A stretch of 64,000 nucleotides of DNA. Source: Bacteroidales bacterium. GTDB taxonomy: Bacteria; Bacteroidota; Bacteroidia; Bacteroidales; P3. Position 1 is the stretch's first letter. Each line of letters opens with the position of its first letter. The notes below the pieces were generated by a model. The model was not told the origin of the DNA. It searched no databases and saw nothing but the letters and a program-made list of their open reading frames with translations. Location: NCBI GenBank assembly GCA_017480145.1, contig JAFVBF010000034.1, positions 66,817 through 130,816 on the forward strand. Reading direction: 5' to 3'. Below are positions 8,786-17,163 of the stretch, in pieces. The position numbers were made by a program, and so were the translations under genes.

Positions 8786-10786
8786 CTACTGAGCAATGCT
8801 CTCGCAAGCAGCCTTCACCGTGTCAGCCACCACCGATGTTACTTCAGCTTCGGGAGAATGGGTCAACCTGCAGACAAGAATCACTATAGCAGCAATCGCC
8901 AAGACAATCAGTATGCCCACAAGCCATTTTTTCCAAGCTGCGGTTTTCTTCTCCGCAAAGGGGTCATCAAGCACCAGCGTGGGATATTTGGCCAAACTGG
9001 TCAGCGTGGCACCGAACCGAATGTTCACCAAAATGACCGCATTAACAGCCCACCCATTAGCATTGAGAATGGGGCCAAGATTGCGCTTGCGCAATTTGGT
9101 CCATGCAATAAACATAGAGGGACCCGACACCACGACGATGATAGCCAAGATAATCAGCGGCAGATTATACCATTTAGCAGTAGCCGTCGCAGCAAGGCCT
9201 GCCAATGCACTTCCGATGAAACCTATGGCCATGCCTATGGCGGCAAAGATTCCAGCGAACTTGGCAATGTCAAACGGCGTAGATGCCTTGGGGGCATTAG
9301 CCTCGGCCACACCGCCTTCGGCAGTAGCTGTCGAGACATCTGCAACAGCAGTGTCTGCCTTGGCCGTCAAATCGTTGAACGCCTTGTCTTCCTTCTCGGC
9401 AGCCGATTTGTTAATCTTGTCCGTGCACCACTTCCAGAACTTACGGTAGGGACTCCAGAACGCCTGTCGGATGCTGATTGGATTATCCACTATCTTCGTC
9501 ACCACTGCATCCCAGCAATGCCCATTGCGGTCGTAATAAATAGCATTCTTGCCCACCTCCATATTGTCCACATCGCCGTCAGTCAGCACTGCCACGATAT
9601 TCATTGACTCATTCTTCTCGCGCGACGTGCATGTGCAGTAAAGCAGATACATCCCGCTGGCCGAGGCCATGGCAGCATGAGCGTCTATCGCCTCCACCCT
9701 GACACACAGTTCGCAACAACGCTGGTCTATGAACAGCCGTCCCGATTGGAACACAGCCTTCACATCAGGATCATTCTGATAGAAATCCTTGAAAAACACA
9801 TAGTTTTTCAGCAACGTATAGAAATCCCTATAGATATGCATCAGTCTTTCTGCAGCCACATAGCACTCCATAGCCTCTGTCTGGCTCTGCGAGCGCAAGG
9901 TCACGATACCGTCCGCCTGCTTCGACATATAGTCGGCATAGGCATCTACTTTCCCCACAATCTCACCCCATCGAGCCTCGTCAAGCATGACAGCCTCGCC
10001 AAGCACATACTGGCGTAGCGTCTGCACAGGTCCTGCCCAGGCTGGATTGACATTATCCAAAGCCAGTGTGCCCTCGGCATTCGGACGAGCCAGAGGGTAG
10101 GAGGCTATATCGCCCGCGGCCTTGGCGACATCGCCAGAGGCGATGGCTGCAATCCGATCCACCGACACATCCAAAGCCGGCAAGCAGTCAGCATCAAAAC
10201 GGATAAGGCTACAACGCATGAAATAATCTGCCACCTTGTCACGAAGTGCGTTGACAGCAGCAGTAACAGCGGCAGTATCATCCCCGTAAGGGCGCACATC
10301 CTCAGTGGCTTCCGCGGCAACCTCCTGTGCATAGCGTTCGTCAATCAGAGCCTTGTAATCCTGCACATCGCGCATCGTAATCACATCCAAAGGACGCTGC
10401 AACTCATTCAGGATTCTCTCACAGGCAGCTTTAAGGTGCTGAGCCGTTTCTGTATCAGACAGACCTGCCAGTTGCAGACTGTCCGACGAAAGAAGCAAAT
10501 CGTCGGGATTGCGCAGAACAGAAGTAATCCACTGCGCCGCATCTACAACTTCGTCAATACGAAGTTTCCCGTCATGATTGGAATCCATGATTTCCAGCGT
10601 GCGGCCATCAAATTCCAAACCGCTGACAGGGCAAGACAATACCGACCACAACTTCCTGTCCAATTCACCCAGATGGGCAATATCCTCGCCCGAGGAAATC
10701 TTAACCCTTGTCACACCGCCCAACGAGCAGTACTGCCAGTCGTATCCTTTGCGCAACGGCAGTATTTCCTTAATTTTCTTTGCCAT
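8786..10786 (-). CDS. Conserved-looking hypothetical membrane protein with an N-terminal EF-hand Ca2+-binding loop and C-terminal transmembrane helices
   Basis: 666-aa ORF. Residues 68-79, DSNHDGKLRIDE, fit the canonical 12-residue EF-hand loop (D-x-N-x-D-G-x-L-x-x-x-E). There are three to four hydrophobic helices in the last ~170 aa. I could not assign a family name. Confidence 0.8.
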   Translation of the reverse strand: MAKKIKEILPLRKGYDWQYCSLGGVTRVKISSGEDIAHLGELDRKLWSVLSCPVSGLEFDGRTLEIMDSNHDGKLRIDEVVDAAQWITSVLRNPDDLLLSSDSLQLAGLSDTETAQHLKAACERILNELQRPLDVITMRDVQDYKALIDERYAQEVAAEATEDVRPYGDDTAAVTAAVNALRDKVADYFMRCSLIRFDADCLPALDVSVDRIAAIASGDVAKAAGDIASYPLARPNAEGTLALDNVNPAWAGPVQTLRQYVLGEAVMLDEARWGEIVGKVDAYADYMSKQADGIVTLRSQSQTEAMECYVAAERLMHIYRDFYTLLKNYVFFKDFYQNDPDVKAVFQSGRLFIDQRCCELCVRVEAIDAHAAMASASGMYLLYCTCTSREKNESMNIVAVLTDGDVDNMEVGKNAIYYDRNGHCWDAVVTKIVDNPISIRQAFWSPYRKFWKWCTDKINKSAAEKEDKAFNDLTAKADTAVADVSTATAEGGVAEANAPKASTPFDIAKFAGIFAAIGMAIGFIGSALAGLAATATAKWYNLPLIILAIIVVVSGPSMFIAWTKLRKRNLGPILNANGWAVNAVILVNIRFGATLTSLAKYPTLVLDDPFAEKKTAAWKKWLVGILIVLAIAAIVILVCRLTHSPEAEVTSVVADTVKAACESIAQ

Positions 10787-10809
10787 AACAAAATGATTTT
10801 ACTAAAAAT

Positions 10810-10825
10810 TATTTTTGCAAAAATA
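10810..10825. promoter_or_regulatory. Perfect 16-nt palindrome TATTTTTGCAAAAATA, formed by two back-to-back -7 boxes for the divergent genes
   Basis: The plus strand reads TATTTTTG at 10810-10817. The minus strand reads TATTTTTG at 10825-10818. It lies between the divergent starts 10786 (-) and 10925 (+). Confidence 0.45.
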
Positions 10826-10924
10826 CGAAACTTTGATAATACCCATCCCCCCTATCCCGACTTCACGCCGATTTTACAACCCCCAATGTACTACCAGCCC
10901 TAAAAAAACGTTATTTCACTTTGT

Positions 10925-12289
10925 ATGAGCAAGCAAAACCTCCTACTTTGGATTACGGCAATTCCATTATTGCTGACATGGCTCATGTCTGGCTGTGCCA
11001 AAGAGGACACTTATGCCCACTCCGCAACCGAACCGGCACTCTCTTTCTCCTGCGACACCCTTGCTTTCGACACCGTCTTCACCACCCTTTCTACCACCAC
11101 GCAAAAGGTACTGGTTTACAACAATCTTAGCCAGCCCTTGATGATTAAGAGCGTCACCCTTCGTCAAGGTAGGCAGAGTCGATTTCGTCTCAACGTGGAT
11201 GGCGATACCTCCCTTGTAGCCAGAGACATCCGCCTTGATGCCGGCGACAGCCTCTTCCTCTTTGTTCAGGCCACCATCAATCCAAATGCCCAAACCGAGC
11301 CATTCCTGATAGAAGACGCCATTCTCATCTCCCCAGACGGCTGTCCCGACCAGTTCATCGTACTCACCGCATACGGACGCAACGCCGTGTACCACCTGCC
11401 TACCGACACTCTGGGAAGCGCTACGGACCGCTACGGCAACCTTTACCGGTATAGCGTCATCGACTGCGACAACTGGGACCACACCCTGCCGCACGTCATC
11501 ATAGGCTACGCAGTCATCGACTCTGGCGCCACACTCAATTTACTGGCTGGAGAACAGCTCTATTTCGCCAGCGATGCCGTTCTCTGGGTGTACAACGACG
11601 CAACACTTACAGCCCAGGGGTCTGACCAATCCCCTGTCCTCTTCACCTCCTTGCGCCACGATGGCTGGTATCGCAGCCTTCCTGGGCAGTGGGGGCACAT
11701 CTGGCTCGGGGGAATCTCTGGCGGAAGCAGCAAGGGATGTACCCTTGACCACGTCAGGATAGAAAACAGTTACTACGGCATCATTGCCGACAGCAATGAC
11801 TACAACCTGCCCACACTTACCATCACCAATAGCGAGATATGCCACATTAGCGTGGCGGCCATTCAGGCTGACGATGCATGGATTGTCGGCAACCGACTCC
11901 TTTTCTACGACTGCGGCGGAGCCACATTTTACGCTCCCTTCGGCGGACGATACTCTTTCTCCAACCTCACTTCGGCCAACTACTGGACCTATACCCACCG
12001 CCAAACGCCAAGCATCATCCTCTCCAACTGGTATCAAAGTACCGATGGCATTGTCACACGTGACCTCTCCGAAGCCACTTTCACCAACTGCATCATCTAC
12101 GGCAACTTCCACCCCAGCGAAGTGTTTCTCGACCCAAACAGTCAAGCTGCATTCCACTATACCTTTGACAACTGCCTGGTGAAAGGAGGCGATTGGGATC
12201 AAGATCCTCTTTTTGAAGACACCGATGACGATGACTATCACCTTTCCGACACATCGCCAGCACACGCCATCGGATTCTATGCCCAATAA
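10925..12289 (+). CDS. Hypothetical lipoprotein, possibly with a beta-helix fold
   Basis: Signal peptide with lipobox LLLTWLMSGC. 454 aa. Repetitive G/N/D-rich strand-turn text in the middle suggests a parallel beta-helix. No catalytic motif was recognised. Confidence 0.7.
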   Translation: MSKQNLLLWITAIPLLLTWLMSGCAKEDTYAHSATEPALSFSCDTLAFDTVFTTLSTTTQKVLVYNNLSQPLMIKSVTLRQGRQSRFRLNVDGDTSLVARDIRLDAGDSLFLFVQATINPNAQTEPFLIEDAILISPDGCPDQFIVLTAYGRNAVYHLPTDTLGSATDRYGNLYRYSVIDCDNWDHTLPHVIIGYAVIDSGATLNLLAGEQLYFASDAVLWVYNDATLTAQGSDQSPVLFTSLRHDGWYRSLPGQWGHIWLGGISGGSSKGCTLDHVRIENSYYGIIADSNDYNLPTLTITNSEICHISVAAIQADDAWIVGNRLLFYDCGGATFYAPFGGRYSFSNLTSANYWTYTHRQTPSIILSNWYQSTDGIVTRDLSEATFTNCIIYGNFHPSEVFLDPNSQAAFHYTFDNCLVKGGDWDQDPLFEDTDDDDYHLSDTSPAHAIGFYAQ

Positions 12290-12326
12290 CCCTACCAAAC
12301 CGACATCATAACCTCTGAAAATCAAC

Positions 12327-12923
12327 ATGTACGAATACATCTCTGGCAAACTTACCTCTCTTAACACCACCCAAGCCGTCATAGACTGCGGCGGGGTGGG
12401 CTACTTGTTAGAAATCAGCCTCACCACATTCGACAAAATACAGCACCTACGAGACACCAGCAGTCCTGCAAAACTTTTCGTTCACGAAGTTATCCGCGAA
12501 GACGCCCACCAGATTTTCGGCTTTGCCGATGAAATCGAGCGCAGCCTTTTTAGACTCCTGATAAGCGTCAGCGGCGTAGGTGCCAACACAGCACGGGTCA
12601 TGCTCTCCACCCTCACGGCGGTCGAACTCTCCAGTGCCATCGCCTCGCAAGACGAAGCCACCATCAAACGAATCAAAGGTATTGGCGCCAAAACGGCACA
12701 GCGCATCGTTCTCGAACTGCACGACAAAGTTGCCACACTTGGCACCATGTCCGCTGCCGTGGGTACCAGTACAGGGATGGGCATTAGTATCTCCAAACAA
12801 GAAGCCCTCTCTGCCATGACCATGCTGGGCTTCGCCAAATCGGCGGTAGAAAAAGTGCTTCAAACGCTTGATGGTTCCCTGACAGCTGAAGAACTCATTC
12901 GCGAAGCACTCAAAAAAATGTAG
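12327..12923 (+). CDS. ruvA: Holliday junction branch migration complex subunit RuvA
   Basis: MYEYISGKL....VIDCGGVGYLLEISLTTF. HhH motifs LISVSGVGANTARVML and IKGIGAKTAQRIVLEL. 198 aa. Confidence 0.93.
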   Translation: MYEYISGKLTSLNTTQAVIDCGGVGYLLEISLTTFDKIQHLRDTSSPAKLFVHEVIREDAHQIFGFADEIERSLFRLLISVSGVGANTARVMLSTLTAVELSSAIASQDEATIKRIKGIGAKTAQRIVLELHDKVATLGTMSAAVGTSTGMGISISKQEALSAMTMLGFAKSAVEKVLQTLDGSLTAEELIREALKKM

Positions 12924-12936
12924 CCTCTCGCACCGG

Positions 12937-15900
12937 ATGTTCCACACCGCCCATAACGCCACAAGACAAATCGTCCGCAGACTCCTGCTGGCAGCACTTC
13001 TCATGTTCACTGGGATTCTCTGCCATTCCCTCCACGCACAAAGCGACACGTCTTGGAGACCCAATATCGGCGGCGGATACACTCCCCCTGCCATCACCAC
13101 CAAAGTAGAATACGACTCTGAACGGGGCGAATACATCAAAATCCAGCAACTCGGTGACAAAGAAATCAGCCGTAGCTATATGACCTTTCAGGAATACCAG
13201 GACTGGCAGATGGACCAAACCCTCCAGAAATACTGGAACCAGAAAAACGCCAGTTCTGGCGACTACGACGGCGACAGCGAGGGACTACTCAACAAAATCC
13301 CAGGTTTCAACGAGATAAGCAAGAAAATCGAAGCCCTGCTGGGAAAGCCCGAAATCAGCATAAACCCCACCGGCAGCGCCGAACTCACCTTCCAAGTAGT
13401 CAACAACTATCGCAACGACCCAGCTCTCGACGCCACTCGCCGCAGCGTCACAACATTCGACTTTGACGAGAATATTCAGATAGCCCTCAATGCCAAAATC
13501 GGCGACCTTATCAACTTCGACCTCAACTGGAACACTCAGGCAACCTTCGACTTCGAAAACAAACTCAAACTACGCTACGATGGCAAGGAGGACGACATCA
13601 TTCAACTCATCGAGGCTGCCGATGTCTCATTCCCCCTCACCACTACCCTCATCCAAGGCAGCCAGCAGCTGTTCGGATTCCACACCAAGCTCAAATTCGG
13701 AAAACTTACCATTGATGCCGTCGTCAGCCAAAAAGAGACCAGCACACAGAACATGCAGGTCAAAGGAGGCAGCAGCTCTCAGGAATTCGAAATCCGCGCC
13801 GATGAGTATGAAGACAACCGACACTACTTCATCTCGCAGTACTTTTACAATCACTACAACGAGGCCTTGCAGACCCTTCCAATCGTGGCCTCTAACATCA
13901 AAATTCTACGGTTGGAAGTTTGGCGCACCAACGTGGGGGCGGCAGTGACAAACAACCGTAACCTCCTGGCCCTTACCGACCTTGGCGAACGATACCCGTC
14001 CAACCAGCACCTCACGGGACACGGAAAAGACCAACCCTCTAATAACTGTAACGACTTGCTGAACGGCTGGATTGACGTCAATGCCATACGAAGCGTAAAC
14101 AACATCACCAGCTATATGCAGAGCCGAGGCATGACCAGCGGCACTGACTACGAGAAAATTGAAAGTGCACGACTACTCAATTCTAACGAATACACCTACA
14201 ACAGCCAGCTGGGTTTCATCTCCCTCACACAGCCGCTCAGCAACGACCAAGTCCTCGCCGTTGCATTCCAGTACCAAATCATCGGAGACACCACCATCTA
14301 CCAGGTCGGAGAACTGACTACCGACGGAATCAACGACCCCAACACACTGGTTGTCAAGCTCATCAAAAGCACCGCCACAAATACCCATGGCCCATTGTGG
14401 AAACTCATGATGAAGAACGTGTACTTCCTTAAAAGCACACAACTCAGTCGCGACAATTTCCGCCTCAACGTCCTCTACGAAAATCCCGAGGGAGGTCTGG
14501 GCATTGGTTTCTTCACCGACGGTCCCAAGGAGGGTGTTCCCCTGATTGAGGTTTTCGGCCTCGACCGTATGGATGCCTCCCAAAACTACTACTATGCCGA
14601 TGGGGTCTTCGACTGGTTTGACAGCGCACTCTTCAAAGGTGGCATCATACAGGCCTCAACAGGACGCATCTTCTTTCCCTACGTTGAGCCCTTTGGCAAA
14701 GACCTCCGCCAGATTCTCGGCGACAACGAGTTCGCTGAAAAATACTGCTTCGACTCCCTCTACACCCTCACCCAAAGCCTTGCGCGACAATACGCCGATA
14801 AAAACAAGTTTTACCTCGAAGGATACCTAAGCAGCGCCGTCAGCGGCGAAATATCCTTAGGCTACAGCGTCACACAGGGCAGCGTCAAGGTTACAGCCGG
14901 CGGCGTTCCTCTGATCGAAAATGTAGACTACACCGTGGACTACACAATGGGTACTGTACGCATCATTAATGAAAGCATCCTCAGCAGCGGCACTCCCATC
15001 AGCGTCAGTTCCGAGAACAACTCTTTCAGCATGTCTACCAAGACGCTACTTGGCACCCACCTCAACTACGAGGTCGAGAAAAATTTCAACATCGGCCTCA
15101 CAGCCATGAATCTGCACGAAAAACCCCTAACGCAGAAAAATAATTTTGGCGACGAACCTACCGACAACTTCATCTGGGGCTTTGACCTTAGTTACAATCA
15201 CGAGGTACCTTTCATCACCAAACTCATTGACAAACTGCCAGGTATCGAGACCAAAGCCCCCTCCAATCTGAGCCTCACGGCCGAATTTGCACACTTCATT
15301 CCCGGCCTCTCCAACACAGGGAGCAAAGACGGCACCTCTACTTATGTAGACGACTTCGAGGGGGCCGAGAGTGGAATCGACCTCAAAGGCGTAGGCTACT
15401 GGTATCTGGCCAGCACCCCACAGGACTACCGTAGCCAAATGCCCCTCTTTCGTGAAACCGAACCCAACTCGGGACTGGCCTACGGATTCAACCGCGCTCG
15501 ACTTGCCTGGTATCGCATTGATGACATCTTTTACAGCAGCAGTAGTCCATCAAACATCAATGCTGACGACCGCTCCCTACCCTATGCACGACGCATCACC
15601 GAACAGGAAGTCTTTCCTAACAAGGATCTCGCTGCCGGACAACCTACCACCATCTACGAGATGAATCTGGCGTTCTATCCCGAAGAACGCGGCCCCTACA
15701 ATTATGATGTTGAGCCTGGTCCCTACAGTGCTGGAGTCAATGCCGGCGGACTCCTTAACAATCCCAAGAGTCGATGGGGTGGCATCATGCGCAAGTTAGA
15801 CTACACCGACTTTGAAACCCAAAACATCGAGACACTCGAATTTTGGCTCATGGATCCCTTTATTGAAGACCCTGACCACTCTGGCGGCAAACTCTATATC

Positions 15901-17085
15901 AATCTGGGCGACATCAGCGAGGACATTCTGCGCGACGGACGCAAGTCCTTCGAAAACGGCCTCCCTACCGGTGCCGAGGTATCCGATGTGGACACAACAA
16001 TCTGGGGACGCGTACCCACCACCCAGCCCATCGTTAATGCCTTCGACAACGATGCCTCGGCCCGAAAATACCAAGACGTAGGCTATGATGGACTCGGTAG
16101 CACCCACGACATCTCCGACGAACAAACCTTCTTTGCCGACTATGTACGTCGGATAGCCCTCCTCCACGGTTCAAGTTCCGAAGCCTACAAACTGGCCTCC
16201 CAGGACCCCAGCAGCGATGACTTCCGCTACTTCCGCAGTTCCTTCTACGACCAAAACAACGTCAAAATCAACGACCGCTATAAATACTACAACAACCCCG
16301 AAGGCAACTCGCCCGTGGATGACGACAACACCGAGAGTTACAGCACCGCAGCCTCATCACTGCCCAATGTGGAGGACATCAACAAGGACAATACTCTGAG
16401 CGAGGCTGAGAATTACTACCAATACGTCATTGATTTGCGACCCGAGATGATGCAAATCGGACAAAATCACATTGTGGATATACAAGAGGCTCAGAATGTC
16501 CAATTGCCCAACGGAACAACCACCACCTGCAAGTGGTATCAGTTTCGCATTCCCATCCGCGAACCCGACGAGAAAGTAGGCGACATCAATGGGTATCAGT
16601 CCATCCGATTCATGCGCCTCTTCATGAACAGTTTCGAAAAACCCATCATACTGCGTTTCGCCACCATGGAACTCGTCTATTCCACATGGCGCAAATACAG
16701 CGAGAGCCTCCTACAGCCTGGAGACTATGCCACGGGGACGACCGACAATACCGAGTTTTCCATCTCCACCGTAAATATTGAAGAGAACGGCAACCGTAGC
16801 CCCATACCCTACGTCCTTCCGCCAGGCATCGAACGTGAAGAATGGTACAGTAGCGGGTCCTCCTACACTCAGCTTAACGAGCAAGCCCTCTCTCTCGACA
16901 TCACCAACCTCACCCAAGGCGACTCTCGTGCCATCTACCGTAGCAGCAGCTACGACCTACGTTATTACGGCAAACTAAAAATGTTCGTCCATGCCGAGAA
17001 GAAACTGGCAGCCACCAATCTAAACGACGGAGACCTCACCCTTTTCGTCCGTCTTGGTACAGACTATACGAACAACTACTACTAG
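12937..17085 (+). CDS. sprA: T9SS translocon protein SprA, N-terminal 1381 codons, ending at an internal in-frame TAG
   Basis: Signal peptide followed by very long beta-rich text typical of SprA/Sov. The ORF stops at TAG 17083-17085, and the same frame continues open into the next ORF. Confidence 0.8.
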   Translation: MFHTAHNATRQIVRRLLLAALLMFTGILCHSLHAQSDTSWRPNIGGGYTPPAITTKVEYDSERGEYIKIQQLGDKEISRSYMTFQEYQDWQMDQTLQKYWNQKNASSGDYDGDSEGLLNKIPGFNEISKKIEALLGKPEISINPTGSAELTFQVVNNYRNDPALDATRRSVTTFDFDENIQIALNAKIGDLINFDLNWNTQATFDFENKLKLRYDGKEDDIIQLIEAADVSFPLTTTLIQGSQQLFGFHTKLKFGKLTIDAVVSQKETSTQNMQVKGGSSSQEFEIRADEYEDNRHYFISQYFYNHYNEALQTLPIVASNIKILRLEVWRTNVGAAVTNNRNLLALTDLGERYPSNQHLTGHGKDQPSNNCNDLLNGWIDVNAIRSVNNITSYMQSRGMTSGTDYEKIESARLLNSNEYTYNSQLGFISLTQPLSNDQVLAVAFQYQIIGDTTIYQVGELTTDGINDPNTLVVKLIKSTATNTHGPLWKLMMKNVYFLKSTQLSRDNFRLNVLYENPEGGLGIGFFTDGPKEGVPLIEVFGLDRMDASQNYYYADGVFDWFDSALFKGGIIQASTGRIFFPYVEPFGKDLRQILGDNEFAEKYCFDSLYTLTQSLARQYADKNKFYLEGYLSSAVSGEISLGYSVTQGSVKVTAGGVPLIENVDYTVDYTMGTVRIINESILSSGTPISVSSENNSFSMSTKTLLGTHLNYEVEKNFNIGLTAMNLHEKPLTQKNNFGDEPTDNFIWGFDLSYNHEVPFITKLIDKLPGIETKAPSNLSLTAEFAHFIPGLSNTGSKDGTSTYVDDFEGAESGIDLKGVGYWYLASTPQDYRSQMPLFRETEPNSGLAYGFNRARLAWYRIDDIFYSSSSPSNINADDRSLPYARRITEQEVFPNKDLAAGQPTTIYEMNLAFYPEERGPYNYDVEPGPYSAGVNAGGLLNNPKSRWGGIMRKLDYTDFETQNIETLEFWLMDPFIEDPDHSGGKLYINLGDISEDILRDGRKSFENGLPTGAEVSDVDTTIWGRVPTTQPIVNAFDNDASARKYQDVGYDGLGSTHDISDEQTFFADYVRRIALLHGSSSEAYKLASQDPSSDDFRYFRSSFYDQNNVKINDRYKYYNNPEGNSPVDDDNTESYSTAASSLPNVEDINKDNTLSEAENYYQYVIDLRPEMMQIGQNHIVDIQEAQNVQLPNGTTTTCKWYQFRIPIREPDEKVGDINGYQSIRFMRLFMNSFEKPIILRFATMELVYSTWRKYSESLLQPGDYATGTTDNTEFSISTVNIEENGNRSPIPYVLPPGIEREEWYSSGSSYTQLNEQALSLDITNLTQGDSRAIYRSSSYDLRYYGKLKMFVHAEKKLAATNLNDGDLTLFVRLGTDYTNNYY

Positions 17086-17163
17086 TACGAACTCCCTCTA
17101 CAGCTCACACCATGGTACACCAGTGCCGACTACTCCGACCAAATATGGCCTCGAACCAACAAC

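Noticed and set aside
17083-17085. Genetic-code reassignment (TAG or TGA read as sense) as the explanation for the in-frame stops in sprA and at 55468
   Set aside because: TAG terminates ruvA, recN and rpsO in this same window, and TGA and TAA terminate many others at homologous-looking C-termini. There are only single isolated in-frame stops, so mutation or sequencing error is far more likely.
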